Shown in pieces: positions 36,715-48,895 of a stretch of 64,000 nucleotides of DNA. The translations under genes were made by a program, and so were the position numbers. The DNA is taken from NCBI GenBank assembly GCA_038087875.1, contig CM075993.1:4900001-4964000 (forward strand), read 5' to 3'. Source of the DNA: Malacoraja senta. Taxonomy: Eukaryota. The notes under the pieces were generated by a model. The model was not told the origin of the DNA. It made no database searches and saw only the letters and a program-made list of their open reading frames with translations. Numbering within the stretch: position 1 is the first letter of the stretch; the number at the start of each line of letters is the position of its first letter.

Positions 36715-38670
36715 CTTGCATGAAAAAGAGAAAAAGTATTTCAGTTTCTGCAGTTTAAATTATGCAACTAACGTGTTACAATTAAGCCTTTGAACTAATT
36801 TTAAACATGTTTCCTTTCTTTGTCGTGCAGTTACTTTCATTACCTAAGAATACACGTTTCTAAACAGGAATATAAAACTTCAAGAAAAAAACAACATATT
36901 TTGGCCATTCAGCAGTCAACTAACCCGGCAACCATCAGGTGCAAGCCTGCCACCAAACCCCAACACATTTAAAGGGTTCCACTACATGGGTTTTCCATTA
37001 TATCATATATGCAATACCAATTGGCCAACAAGGCCACCACACAACAGGATGGATGCGATTTCCCTGGAGAAGCTGCCTGGAATGGACCATTTCAGTTACA
37101 ATGACTGATCTGACAGGCTGTTTTTCTTGGAGCCAAGGAGGAAGCCTGACAAATATAAAATTATGAGAGGCATCAATAAGGTTGACTGTAGGATACATTT
37201 CCTCATTACACATGTATATTAAACTAGAGGGCACAGGCATGGGGCTAAGAGATTTAGAGGAGATCTGAGGAAGAAATATTTCACTCAGAGGTTGGTTGGA
37301 ATCTGGGTATTGGAAACATTTAAATATATAGATGAACAAGGTATAGACGGCTATGGAACATGTGTGGGTACGAGCGATTAGAATGGGTAGTAAATTGATG
37401 GCTTGGCATGGTGGGATGAAGGGCTCTTTTCCATGTTGTTGAATCTATCTATGAATCTGTCAGGTGGATGCCAAAATTCAAGTATAGAGAATGCTCTTTC
37501 TAATGTTATCCAATCCTAGTTTAGCAATGAACACGTTTTCCCACATTGTTTGGGCACAGCAAGATTTGCACTATGTACACTTTCAGCTGCACAGGTGCAT
37601 TTTAAGTACAAATCATAATCGGCACCTTTCAACATATTTTATATAATCAGTCTCCTGTTGATAAAGTTCTCTTTTCTTTACATTGTTCGGGAAGGTAACA
37701 AATGTAGAGGCATTTATTTGCAGGGGCACAATGTTATTGACATAGGAATGATTCGCTTAAACTTGTATTGCATCATTAGGCACAGTAAATTTAACATAGT
37801 CTCACCAATGGAACCACGAGCAAACACTGTTTATTCACATAGCATAGAAACCCCATTTCCCCAATATTTTTTACTTATGCAATTAAAACACACAAACCTA
37901 GAAATCCCAAATTTGATTCCCAACCTGACTGAGCCAATTCAACTCGGGGTAGAATAAACTCAGATGAAGAGAACCCTGGGACAAAATTGCTTATTTCCTT
38001 TCACTCATTGACTGCTTTTAATGAACTGAAGGGAGAAAGGTTATGTTGATGAAATCACATCTCAGTACGAGTTATTAAGAATATAAATTTAAGGGAGATA
38101 AAAAATTGGGACTTTATAAAAAGGCATAATCAATCATGAAAGGACACAAAGTGCTGGAGTAACTCACAGGTCAGGCAGTATCTCTGGATAGGTGACATTT
38201 CGGGTTGAGACCTTCAAACAATTGGAGAGCCTTCTTTAGTCTGAAGAAGGGCCTCGACCTGAAACGTCACCTCCAGAGATGCTGCCTGAGGTACTCCAGC
38301 ACTTTGTGTCCTTTTGTGTATTAACCAGCATCTGCATTTCTTTGTTTCTACATGGTATGAACAATGGCTTAAATGTCACTCAACAAACATGCCTACAAGG
38401 GACACAATTTAAAATACAGTTCTTCTTGGCTCATTTGTCACCATCTCTCCCGCACAACACTGCTTTCTTCAGATTGATCGTATCTGCTAAGGGAGTTTGG
38501 AAAGCAATATTTAAGCCAAGTATAATACTCAAACCATATTTGATCCAACAAGGATCCTAATTTCAAAACAGTGATTTTAAAATTAGAATGTTTCAAAAAT
38601 ATTTTCAACATTTCAATTATGAAAGCTACATTGTGTGCCTCGAGGTAGAACATTTTACTGTAAATTATTA

Positions 38671-38934
<264 letters not shown>

Positions 38935-41083
38935 TCACTGGAATAACCAAATCTGAGCACAACAGTTCTTATTAACTATTTGATCTCCGATCACTGGGTC
39001 CGCCGTAGTTTTGTTGGAATGTGGATATTGGCAACCCTTCATTTATCATTTAGCTGCCCCCAAATATATCACAACACTGGATCAGATAACAATTATGACC
39101 TCCATAAAACTCTGTTCAAGCTTGAGAAATGTCACATAAAACAAAACAGCATCCAATAAGGCAGCAAGGAATCATACAGTGCAGAAACAGGCACTTTGAA
39201 TCCACCTTCTCCATGCCGACCATAATGCCCATCTCTACTAACTGCATTTGCCTGCATTAGGTCTGTATCACTACCAGTTTCCTAACCAAGCACCTGTCCA
39301 AATGCCCTTTAGTATTTTTTCATTGTATCTGCCTCCACTACCACCTCTTACAGCTTACTCCAGATAATTAATCACTGTGTGAAAAGCTTACCTTCTCTGA
39401 TCCATTTGAATTGTTATCCTCTCACATTAAACCTAGGAAAAAGATTCTGACCATATATCCTTGTATCTTATAAAGTAAACGCTTAGCTACCTACCTTCCA
39501 GTTAGAATAAGCCCAGTCTACCCAATCTCTCCTAATAACAGCCTTTCATTCCAGGCAACATCCTGGTAAATGGAAACAAAAGAAACAGCAGATACAGCAA
39601 TCTTAACAAAAACAAAACAAAGTGTTCAGCAGGTCAGGCAGTATTGTGGGCAGTCGACATTTTGGGTTGGATCCTTTTTCACGTCTGAAGCAGGGGTCCG
39701 CAAACTTCGTCTATCCATTCCTTCCACAAATGATGCCTGTTACGCCAAGTTCCTCAGCACTTTGTTTTTACTCAACATCCTGGTTATCTCTTTTCTACTT
39801 TCTCTATTTTTACCACATCCTTCCTGTATTGTAGCAATCAAAACCGTATAAATGTGGTCTAACCAGTTTTTTTTAACAACTTCAACAATGTCACAAATTT
39901 TATACTCGATGCTTTGGTTATTGAAGACAAGCATATCATATTTTACTACCATAAGCACTCATGTCACTACTTTCAAGAAGACCCAAGGTCTCTGTACATC
40001 AAAGCTCCAAAGATCCCTGTCATTTACTATATATGTCCTAACAGAATTTTACCTCCAAAAGTGCATTACTTCACACTTGTCTGGTTTAAATTCTATCTGC
40101 CACTGCTCCACCCAACTTCCCCTTTGATCTACATCAGAATAGATCGTACTGGCATTTATATTGGAGAAAACTAGAGCACGATATTTTAACTACAGTGATT
40201 GAACTTAGACCGAGGCTCTGGGGACAGTTTAGACTGAGCTGGGCAGATGAAAGCATGAAAAAGTTTGTGTGTATAGATAGGTGGTGCACCAGCAACTAAT
40301 CCAATGTTATCTCCATTCAGCTACCCCCAAAAGGAATAGCAGTAACATTGCTACAAGAAAATCAATGTTGAATATCTCAAGAACCGCACAAGGATCCAGT
40401 CCAAGATATCCTTCTGCAATGTTGTCAATGCACCAAAGCTTGAAGAACAGTATCTCAACTTCCATCTGGGTCCTTTACAGCTTTCAGGATTTAATATCGA
40501 AATCAACAAGTTCAGGCAATTTGCTATTTCCGATTGTATCAAAACTGGCTAGTTTTGCTGAAAGGTAATCTAAATGTAACGTCATTATTTCTTCTCTTCT
40601 TGGTCACTATGTGATTTGCTGCCCTTTTTCAGCATTTTTCTTTTGGTTTCAGCAACAGTTCTAACCTGCATTTCACATGTCCATCTTCTCATTAATCCAC
40701 TGACCAGATGGAGGTGTAAACTACGGAATTATCTTGGCAACTCTGGTCTCATCCTATCAAGACGTATGACCCTTGTCCTACCCAGGCCTCCCTTATCCCC
40801 CTGTAATTTAAACCTAATTTATTTTCCCTTTCCCAATTTTGACATATTTTATTAGCTGCTTCTCTTCCCTCAGATGCTGACTGAACCTACACATCTGGGC
40901 CAAATCTACTTTTATCTCACATTTCCAACATCTGCATTCTTGACTATTAAAAACTTTTAAAGAATTTTGTACATTCAACAAAGCTGAAATGTTTAAAACA
41001 CATTTATACAGGGATAGTAATAGTAAATTTGCAGTGACAACCTAGATGATGTAGAAGCAGAGTTTGATAGTTGACATAATCAA

Positions 41084-41303
41084 GATAGACACAAAAAGCT
41101 GGAGTAACTCAGCGGGACAGGTAGCATCTCTGGAGAGAAGGAATGGGAGACATTTTGGGTCGAGATTTCTTCAGACTGAAAAAGGGTCTCAACCCAAAAC
41201 ATCACCCATTCCTTCTATCCAGAGATGCTGCCTGTCCCGCTGAGTTACTCCAACCTTTTGTGTCTATCTTCGGTGTAAACCAGCATCTGCAGTTCCTTCC
41301 TAC
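41084..41303. mobile_element. Penelope-derived foldback insertion with 10-bp TSD
   Basis: ACATAATCAA at 41074-41083 and 41304-41313; inverted arms. Confidence 0.85.
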
Positions 41304-42324
41304 ACATAATCAAAATACATTGGTAAAACAGGAAAAATGATTCAAGTGAACAAACTGGCAGGAATGAGAAAAGATTTGCATCGCAACAAAATTATGATGA
41401 ACTATAGAAACATTATATGGTTTGTTGTCAGTTTTGAGTTATGAAATCTCGTTAATTTTTTGATTATCATTGAAATTACCAATATGTTAGAATGGATTTA
41501 ATAGACAAATTGTAAAATTCTTGACAATAGAACGCCTAGTTTGATTAGTAAATGCACAATTTGAAAACAATTCTGAATATTTTGAAGAGATTAAACAATA
41601 TGTGAAACCCGGTAGATTGATCCGCTCAGGAAAAAAATCAAATCAAATTTTTCTTAAATGTATAACAAAATTCTGAATGTACAATGACAGGCAGTGTCTG
41701 GGGAACCAATACAGAAATTTAATTTGGTTAAAAACCATTGGGTTCAAAGACAAGATTCTTAAACGTAATTAAATGCACGATTACTAATTAGCAAGGAATG
41801 CTCTCCCTCAGCCAATGGGAAGTATCTGTCACTGGAGATGTATATTTATAAATGTACTAATGTAATAGGAACCAATGGCACGCTTGTGAATCGGATATTG
41901 AATTCATTGATTAATATTGCTGGGAACTACATGTATTGAGCCAGTTGTCTCTTATGAATTCTAGTCACATTACGAAGTGCACAACTCCGAAGATTGGAGT
42001 TTTCAAAGGCTTTTACGTAGGCACATGGATATGCAGAAAATGGAGGGAAATAGGTCATCATGTTCAGCAAATACAGTATGGGCCGAAGGACCTGGTGCTG
42101 TGCTGTACTGTTCAATGTTCTATTTTTTTTATTCCATTAAGTGAAATACAGAATTGTGGAACAGGTCCTCCAAAAGGCCAAGGAAAATTTCAGAATGTAA
42201 TTTATAGGTGATGTAAACCAGTAGGTTTGATATTGCTTGGGTAATTGGTTAAAATTGGTGCAGCACCGTGCGGACTCGGTGGGCCAAAGGGCCTCTTTCT
42301 GCGCTATGTCTCTAAGCATGGCAT

Positions 42325-42600
42325 GTTGGCGCAGCAGTAGAGTTGCTGCCTTGCAGCGCCAGAGACCCGGGTTTGATCCTGACTACAGGTGCTTGTCTGT
42401 ACGAAGTTTGAACGTTCTCCCCGTGACCTGCGTGGGTTTTCCGCGGGATCTCCGGTTTCCTCCCATACTCCAAAGTCAGGTTTGTAGGCTAATTGGCTTG
42501 GTATAATTGTAAATTCTCCCTAGTGTGCGTAGGATTGTGTTAGTGTGCAGGGATCGCTGGTCGGCGCGGAACTGTTTCCGCGCGGTATCTCTAAACTATG
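42325..42600 (+). mobile_element. HE1-type SINE
   Basis: Head, V-domain and tail. Confidence 0.8.
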
Positions 42601-43667
42601 CTAAACACAGTCAACGTGGGCTGAAGAGCCAGTTCCTGTGCTGCACTGCTCTATGTTTTATGAGTGTGCGACGTGCAGCAAATATAGCCAATGATTCACC
42701 ATCTGCCATCTTTCTGGCTATTATAATTCTTTCAAATATAAATAATGGAAAATATTCTGATTGCTTGGGCGTTTTTATTATCATACCTAAACTGCATCTA
42801 AACTACATCATAAACAGGTTCATATTTTAATAAAGAACTGTAACTGCCCTAAATGACTTTGCATTGCTGATTTTATCATGATGGTTAAGCAAAGAGTAGA
42901 TTGTTCTAAAGGTTTATTTTCTCACTCTATATACAATCTTTTAGATCATTCAAACCACCATCTATGGTTCAACGGTGTCCCTCCTTCTTGTAGTCTGGCA
43001 ACTTGGTTGAGTTTTGTTAACATTTCTTATTGTGTTGCTATTATTTAACATTCAAACCAAATCCCACCCCCCTCCATAAACCTTATAAAAGATTTCCTTT
43101 GGCCATGTGGTCTCACTGATTTTTGTTAAAATATATATTCATTCATGGAAAGTGACCACTGTGGGCAAGGATTCCTAATTCCTAATTGCAAAGATGCTGT
43201 TGATGTGAAATTTTGATTGCTGCAGTCCTTGCAGTGAAGATCTTCCCAAACGTTGGTGGCTAAAATTTTCCAGGAATTTGATGAAGGGAAATAGTGATAA
43301 ACTTTGAAATTGGTACAGCGTGCAAACATGCAGGGAACTTGCCAGTGCTTATGTTCCCTTGTAGCGATCACATGGTACTGAATTTAGACAAGCTTTCAAA
43401 GAGACTATTGCAACGATCTCTTACAAGTAAGTTCCTGCTGATACCTGTCAAAACTACTCAGCATTCTAGAATTATTTGGGATTGCAAGGATTACTGCAAA
43501 GAGTCTCCCTAAACCCCATCTTCCCCAGTACCTTCCAAGGGACAAGGAGAAGTGTGCAGACAAAATTGTGTGCCTTGTTCTGAGTAAGTCCCATTTGCTT
43601 TAGATGTGCGTGTCCATGTATGCCTGTGCCAAATCTGTGAAGCAGAGCCTGGTCTCTAGTAATCGTA

Positions 43668-43820
43668 GGTACACAAAAATGCTGGAGAAACTCAGCGGGT
43701 GCAGCAGCATCTAAGGAGCGAAGGCATCCTTCGCTCCATAGATGCTGCTGCACCCGCTGAGTTTCTCCAGCATTTTTGTGTACCTTCAATTTTCCAGCAT
43801 CTGCAGTTCCTTCTTAAACA
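43668..43820. mobile_element. Penelope-derived foldback insertion with 14-bp TSD
   Basis: CTCTAGTAATCGTA at 43654-43667 and 43821-43834. Confidence 0.87.
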
Positions 43821-44014
43821 CTCTAGTAATCGTAACTTGGTTGCCTTTGGAACATGACCTTGATCTGTTAACACCACATGGTGGTTTGGCTGTATCAGCC
43901 ACCACATTCAAAAAAATGAATACACAAGCATTTTCACTCATCAGAACTAAAGTGAAAGTTAGTTATCTTTGATCCCAGGGTACTGTCTAATAAGTGTTAG
44001 ATCCCAGGGTACGT

Positions 44015-44042
44015 CTGAAGAAGGGTTTCGGCCCGAAACGTT
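44015..44042 (+). ncRNA. Minimal hammerhead ribozyme motif, UUCG-loop variant
   Basis: CTGAAGA-A-GGGT-TTCG-GCCC-GAAA-CG-TT. Confidence 0.65.
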
Positions 44043-47000
44043 ACCTATTTCCTTCGCTCCATAGATGCTGCTGCACCTGCTGAGTTTCTCCAGCATTTTT
44101 GTGTACCCACTGTCTAATAAGACTAGTCGAGCTGCTGATATTAAAGCTTCATCCAACACAAATCTTTAATGCATTCACCAAAAATAATGCTTTGAAGGTC
44201 AAATGAAGTATAAACATAATGCAACATTAACAACTGGGTATTGAGTTACTAGGATCCTTTTGACAATCTATTGGCCCAAGGTCAAGTGTACCGAGAGATG
44301 CCAGACAGGATTATTTTAAAACAACTGGACAAATAGAGTTACATTCTTTGTCATGTGAGAAAAACTGCTCCAGCTGGAGGAAAATTAATAAAGGATTCCC
44401 AATCTAGTGTCCATGCTAGAAAATGAGTGGGTAAACAACTGGCATGAAGTGAAATGGTGGACATGGTCAAAGTATTAGTATTTCCGACAGATTCTAAATT
44501 ATGAACACTGATTGTTTTCAGCAAAAGTATTTTAAAATAGCCTTGTAAAACAATTTTATGAAGAAAACAGGACAGCTCAATTTTACTTTATCTTATTCCC
44601 TTTCTTCTTCTGATAGACTTTAAACTTTAGAGATACAGCGAGGAAACAGGTCTTTCGGCCCACCCTGTACATTGACACTATCCCACACGAGGGGCAATTT
44701 ACAATCTTACCAAAGCAAACATGTACGTCTTTGGAATGTGGAAGGAAACCAGTGCACCCAGAGAAAACCTACACGGTCACAGGGTGAACATACAAACTCC
44801 ATACAAACAGCACCCGTATTCAGGATCCTAATCCGGGTCTCCGGCACTGTAATGCAGCAACTCTACCACTGCGCCACTGTGCCGCCCTCAATAGTAGCAA
44901 GTATAGCAGCAACTCTTTCAGATTAACAGGTCTATTGTAACAGCAGTGTGTCTGGAATCTGTCAAATGATGCTTGGGTACAGCCATCCATTGGCCATTTA
45001 GTGGTTGTGCGTATTTAAGCTTTACTGGAGAACAATCAGAAGCAGAATGCCAGCGCACTCCAAACAAAGTTTCACTCACTCAGACTTGAATTCTAAACTA
45101 GAACAATCGGTTTGCTTTATCGTACATTGCCTACACATAAGTATTCTTACAATGAAATTTGCTTAGTTCAAATAAGAAATAAATTCACAATCTAAAACGT
45201 ACTATAGAAAGGCAGGCTTGGGTAGTTTGAGTGCCCATCTTATTTGGTGCAAACATATGACAAACCTGTTCACAGTCCTTCAAGACCGTATGAAAATGTA
45301 GAGTTTAAAAATTCAATGATGCAAAGATGTTCAAAGCTCAAATTTAAAAAAGGAATATTACACTTGAAACAAGTTGGGCTTTAATAGGAGTCAGAACTAT
45401 CCTTGTACTTTAGGCATCAGCGTCAAACACTCCCAGGTTTAATACACCACTGCTGCAGCATTTAACAGAACTTGCTATCAGTATACATTTTGGAGTATAG
45501 CCATTTTACTGACAAGGTATCAGAGAACAGCCAGCAACACTGAAACTATATACAAGCAGCAGTGTGTTCGAAAAGGAAAATAAATATCTGAAACACAAAC
45601 TGGAGGGCAGCCAAGATGCTGCTTTTAAATGAACACTGAGGTACGACACTGAGTTAGTATAACCAAGAAAATCCCAAGTGTAGTCTCTCATCTGTGCTAT
45701 TACATCTTCTCAGAAAGAGCAATGATTATTTCAACTGAACAGAAACACATGGTTCCCAGTCACCAACCACTAGCACATTCACTGGGTGCACCAATGATGG
45801 CAAGGCACCAACGATCATTTCTTGCTGTCTCAAGGAGTGACAGAGGACCCTTTTTTAACTGTTCCAGGACTTTTGGGATAAGAATTCAGACCCTGCTAAA
45901 ACCTTGCATACACGATGAACTAACTCTGGACAGAACCAGCAGCAAAAGTTCAATGGTACAAAAAAAGACTACTGCAAATCAACTTGTCAAACGGAGCACT
46001 GTCGAACACCTTTGTGATTGTATGCAGCCAACTGTACAGGCAATTATCAATGGAACCATTCAGAAACATTAACTGCTTCTAGGAAAAAGCTCAAGCGACA
46101 TCTCCAGTTAAATAGATCTTCCAGTTTGTACAATTCTTAAGTTGTAATACTTGTCTGGTTAGACACAAGTGTACAAAGACCAGCAATTTAGAAGCTAATT
46201 AATTCAGCGACATAAACAGTCCAAAATACACATTAGTATTTCTTAATACTGAAATCCAGGGTTTAAAAACTCTCGATTGCAATTAAATCTCAACACAGTC
46301 GGTCATACTTTATTAGCAAAGTATGTTTTGCAACATACAAGGAATTTGATTTGCCATACAGTCATACTACCAGTGTACCAAGAACAAAATCCTGGTTTCA
46401 TAGCTGCATTAAAATTGTTTCCAGCATTTGGATGCTTTCCCTTCCAGTTCTGCAAGATCTCTGCAGCTAGAGACATGTTCAGCCAAGCTTGCAGTTCCAA
46501 GGCTTCAACTTTCAAAGTACTTAGCAATTTTTAATCCTATACCTGGGTGGTAAAGTGTTGAGAAATTTACTGTATTGTTCAACAACAATGTTGATTTATA
46601 AAGACATTACTTGGACAGCACTATCCTACTCTTCATAATTATTAATTTCTCATTTCTTTCAGATTAAAGATGATATCAGTTTTAACCAACAACACCAAGC
46701 AATATCAGACCTACAGGTTTACACATGGGTTACCTACAGAAACTTCCCTTGGTTTCGGGAGATCATATTCCACAATTCAGATTAAAAAATAGAACACAGA
46801 ACAATACAGCACAGGAATAGGCCCTTTGGTCTGCAATGTCTGTTGCCAAACGTGATGCCAAGTTACATTATTCTCCTCTGCCTGACTGTGATCCACATCC
46901 TGCATATTCAAGGCCTCTTTAACAGCCTCTTAAATGCTACTATTATATATGCCTCCACCATGACCCTTGGCAGTCCATTCCAGGCATCCACCACTCTGCG

Positions 47001-47586
47001 TAAAGAAACGTACCCTGCACATCTCCATTAAACCTTCCCCCTCTGACCTTAAATGACTGTGACATTTCCACCTGTTGGAAAAAGGTTTTGACCATCTCCG
47101 AATATATGTCTCAATTTTACACACTTCAATCAGGTTGCCCTACACTTCCTTATAGCTAATTCCCTCTAATCTAGGTAGCCTCTTCTGCACCCACTCCAAA
47201 ACCCCCACATCTTTCCTGTAGTGGGGCGACCAGAACTGCACTCAAAACATCAATTGCAGCCCAAGCAACATTTTATAAATATGCAATATTACTTCTTGAC
47301 TCTTTTATCCAATGCCCCGACCGATGAAGGCAAGCATACCATACACCTTTTTTACATAATCTCCTGTGTTGCCACTTTCAGATAGCAATAGACTTAGATC
47401 CAAAGATCATCACTGCTCTCAAGGCTCTTGTCATTAACTGTGTACTTTCTCATTACATTCAACTCCCCAAAATGAAACACCTCGCACTTGCCCAGATTAA
47501 ATGCCCAAGTGCCATCTCCCCGCCCATATCTGTAACTGATCGATATCCTGCTGTATCCGTTGATAGCCTTCTTCACTCTCTATAGC

Positions 47587-48743
47587 ACTGCCCTGAGCTG
47601 GTTCATCTCCTACCTCAAAGGTAGGAGTTTCTCGACTAACATAGGCAACTCTTTCTCCTCCCCAGCTAATCTCTGCTGTGGGGTTCCACAAGGTTCCATC
47701 CTTGGCCCCATTCTCTTCTCCCTGTATATGCTCCCCTTAGGCCAAGTCATTGAAAGGCACGGCATTTCCTTTCATTGCTACGCAGACGATACACAACTCT
47801 ATCTCCCCCTGAAGCCCAAAAACCAATCAAATCTGTTTAACCTTACCCACTGCCTCGAGAATATAAAGTGTTGGATGGCCCAGAACTTCCTCCAACTAAA
47901 CGAGAGTAAGTCTGAGGTCATCCTTCTCGGCCCCTCGGACTCAATCAAAATGATAGCAGGCAGCCTTGGAAGCCTTATCCCACTACTCAAACCTCACGTC
48001 AAAAACCTTGGCGTGATATTTGACTCAGCACTGAAATTTGACAAACAAGTCAATGCCGTGGTAAAAGCTAGCTTCTTTCAGCTTCGGACGATAGCTAAAA
48101 TAAAACAATTCCTCCAGTTTGATGACCTCGAAAAGATCATCCACACATTCATCTCCTCCCGCCTAGATTACTGCAACTCCCTTTACACTGGCATCAGCCA
48201 ATCTTCCCTGTCCCGCCTGCAACTGGTCCAAAACGCCGCAGCGAGACTCCTGACGGGCACCCGAAAAAGGGACCACATCACCCCGATCCTGGCCTCTCTC
48301 CACTGGCTCCCTGTGCGGTTCCGTATAAACTTCAAGATCCTCCTCCATGTCTACAAAGCCCTCAATGGGCTTGCCCCCACCTACATAAAAAGTCTTCTCA
48401 CCCACCACTCCACCTCCAGGCCCCTCAGATCAGCCGACGGGGTTGCTGAATATCCCACGGTCTAGGCATAAGCTCAGGGGCAACCGCGCCTTTGCGGTTG
48501 CAGCCCCTAGACTGTGGAACAGCATCCCCTTTCCCATCAGAACTGCCCCCTCCATCGACTCTTTTAAGTCAAGACTAAAGACTTATCTATACTCCCAAGC
48601 CTTTCCTGACGTCCTCTGAGTGAGGGCTACATGTATATATGTACATAGTTTGTTTTGTTTGTGCTATTCTTATAACAAATGTAAAGCACTTTGGCCAACG
48701 AGAGTTGTTTTTTAAATGTGCTATATAAATATATGTGACTTGA
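47587..48743 (+). mobile_element. L2 LINE, 5'-truncated, near-intact RT C-terminus
   Basis: GVPQGSILGP, YADDTQLY and SRLDYCNSL motifs; one frameshift near 48438; L2 tail ending TGACTTGAC; TSD CTATAGC at 47580-47586 and 48744-48750. Confidence 0.92.
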
Positions 48744-48805
48744 CTATAGCTCCACTAATTTTTGTGTCATCTGCGAACTTGTTAACTTATATTATTGTCT
48801 AAGTC

Positions 48806-48808
<3 letters not shown>

Positions 48809-48893
<85 letters not shown>
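48809..48893. repeat. (TA)n microsatellite, ~42 units
   Basis: Direct observation. Confidence 0.97.

Positions 48894-48895
<2 letters not shown>

Noticed and set aside
47560..48465. 301-aa ORF as a host gene
   Set aside because: It is a 5'-truncated L2 reverse transcriptase fragment with a TSD and no true start codon.
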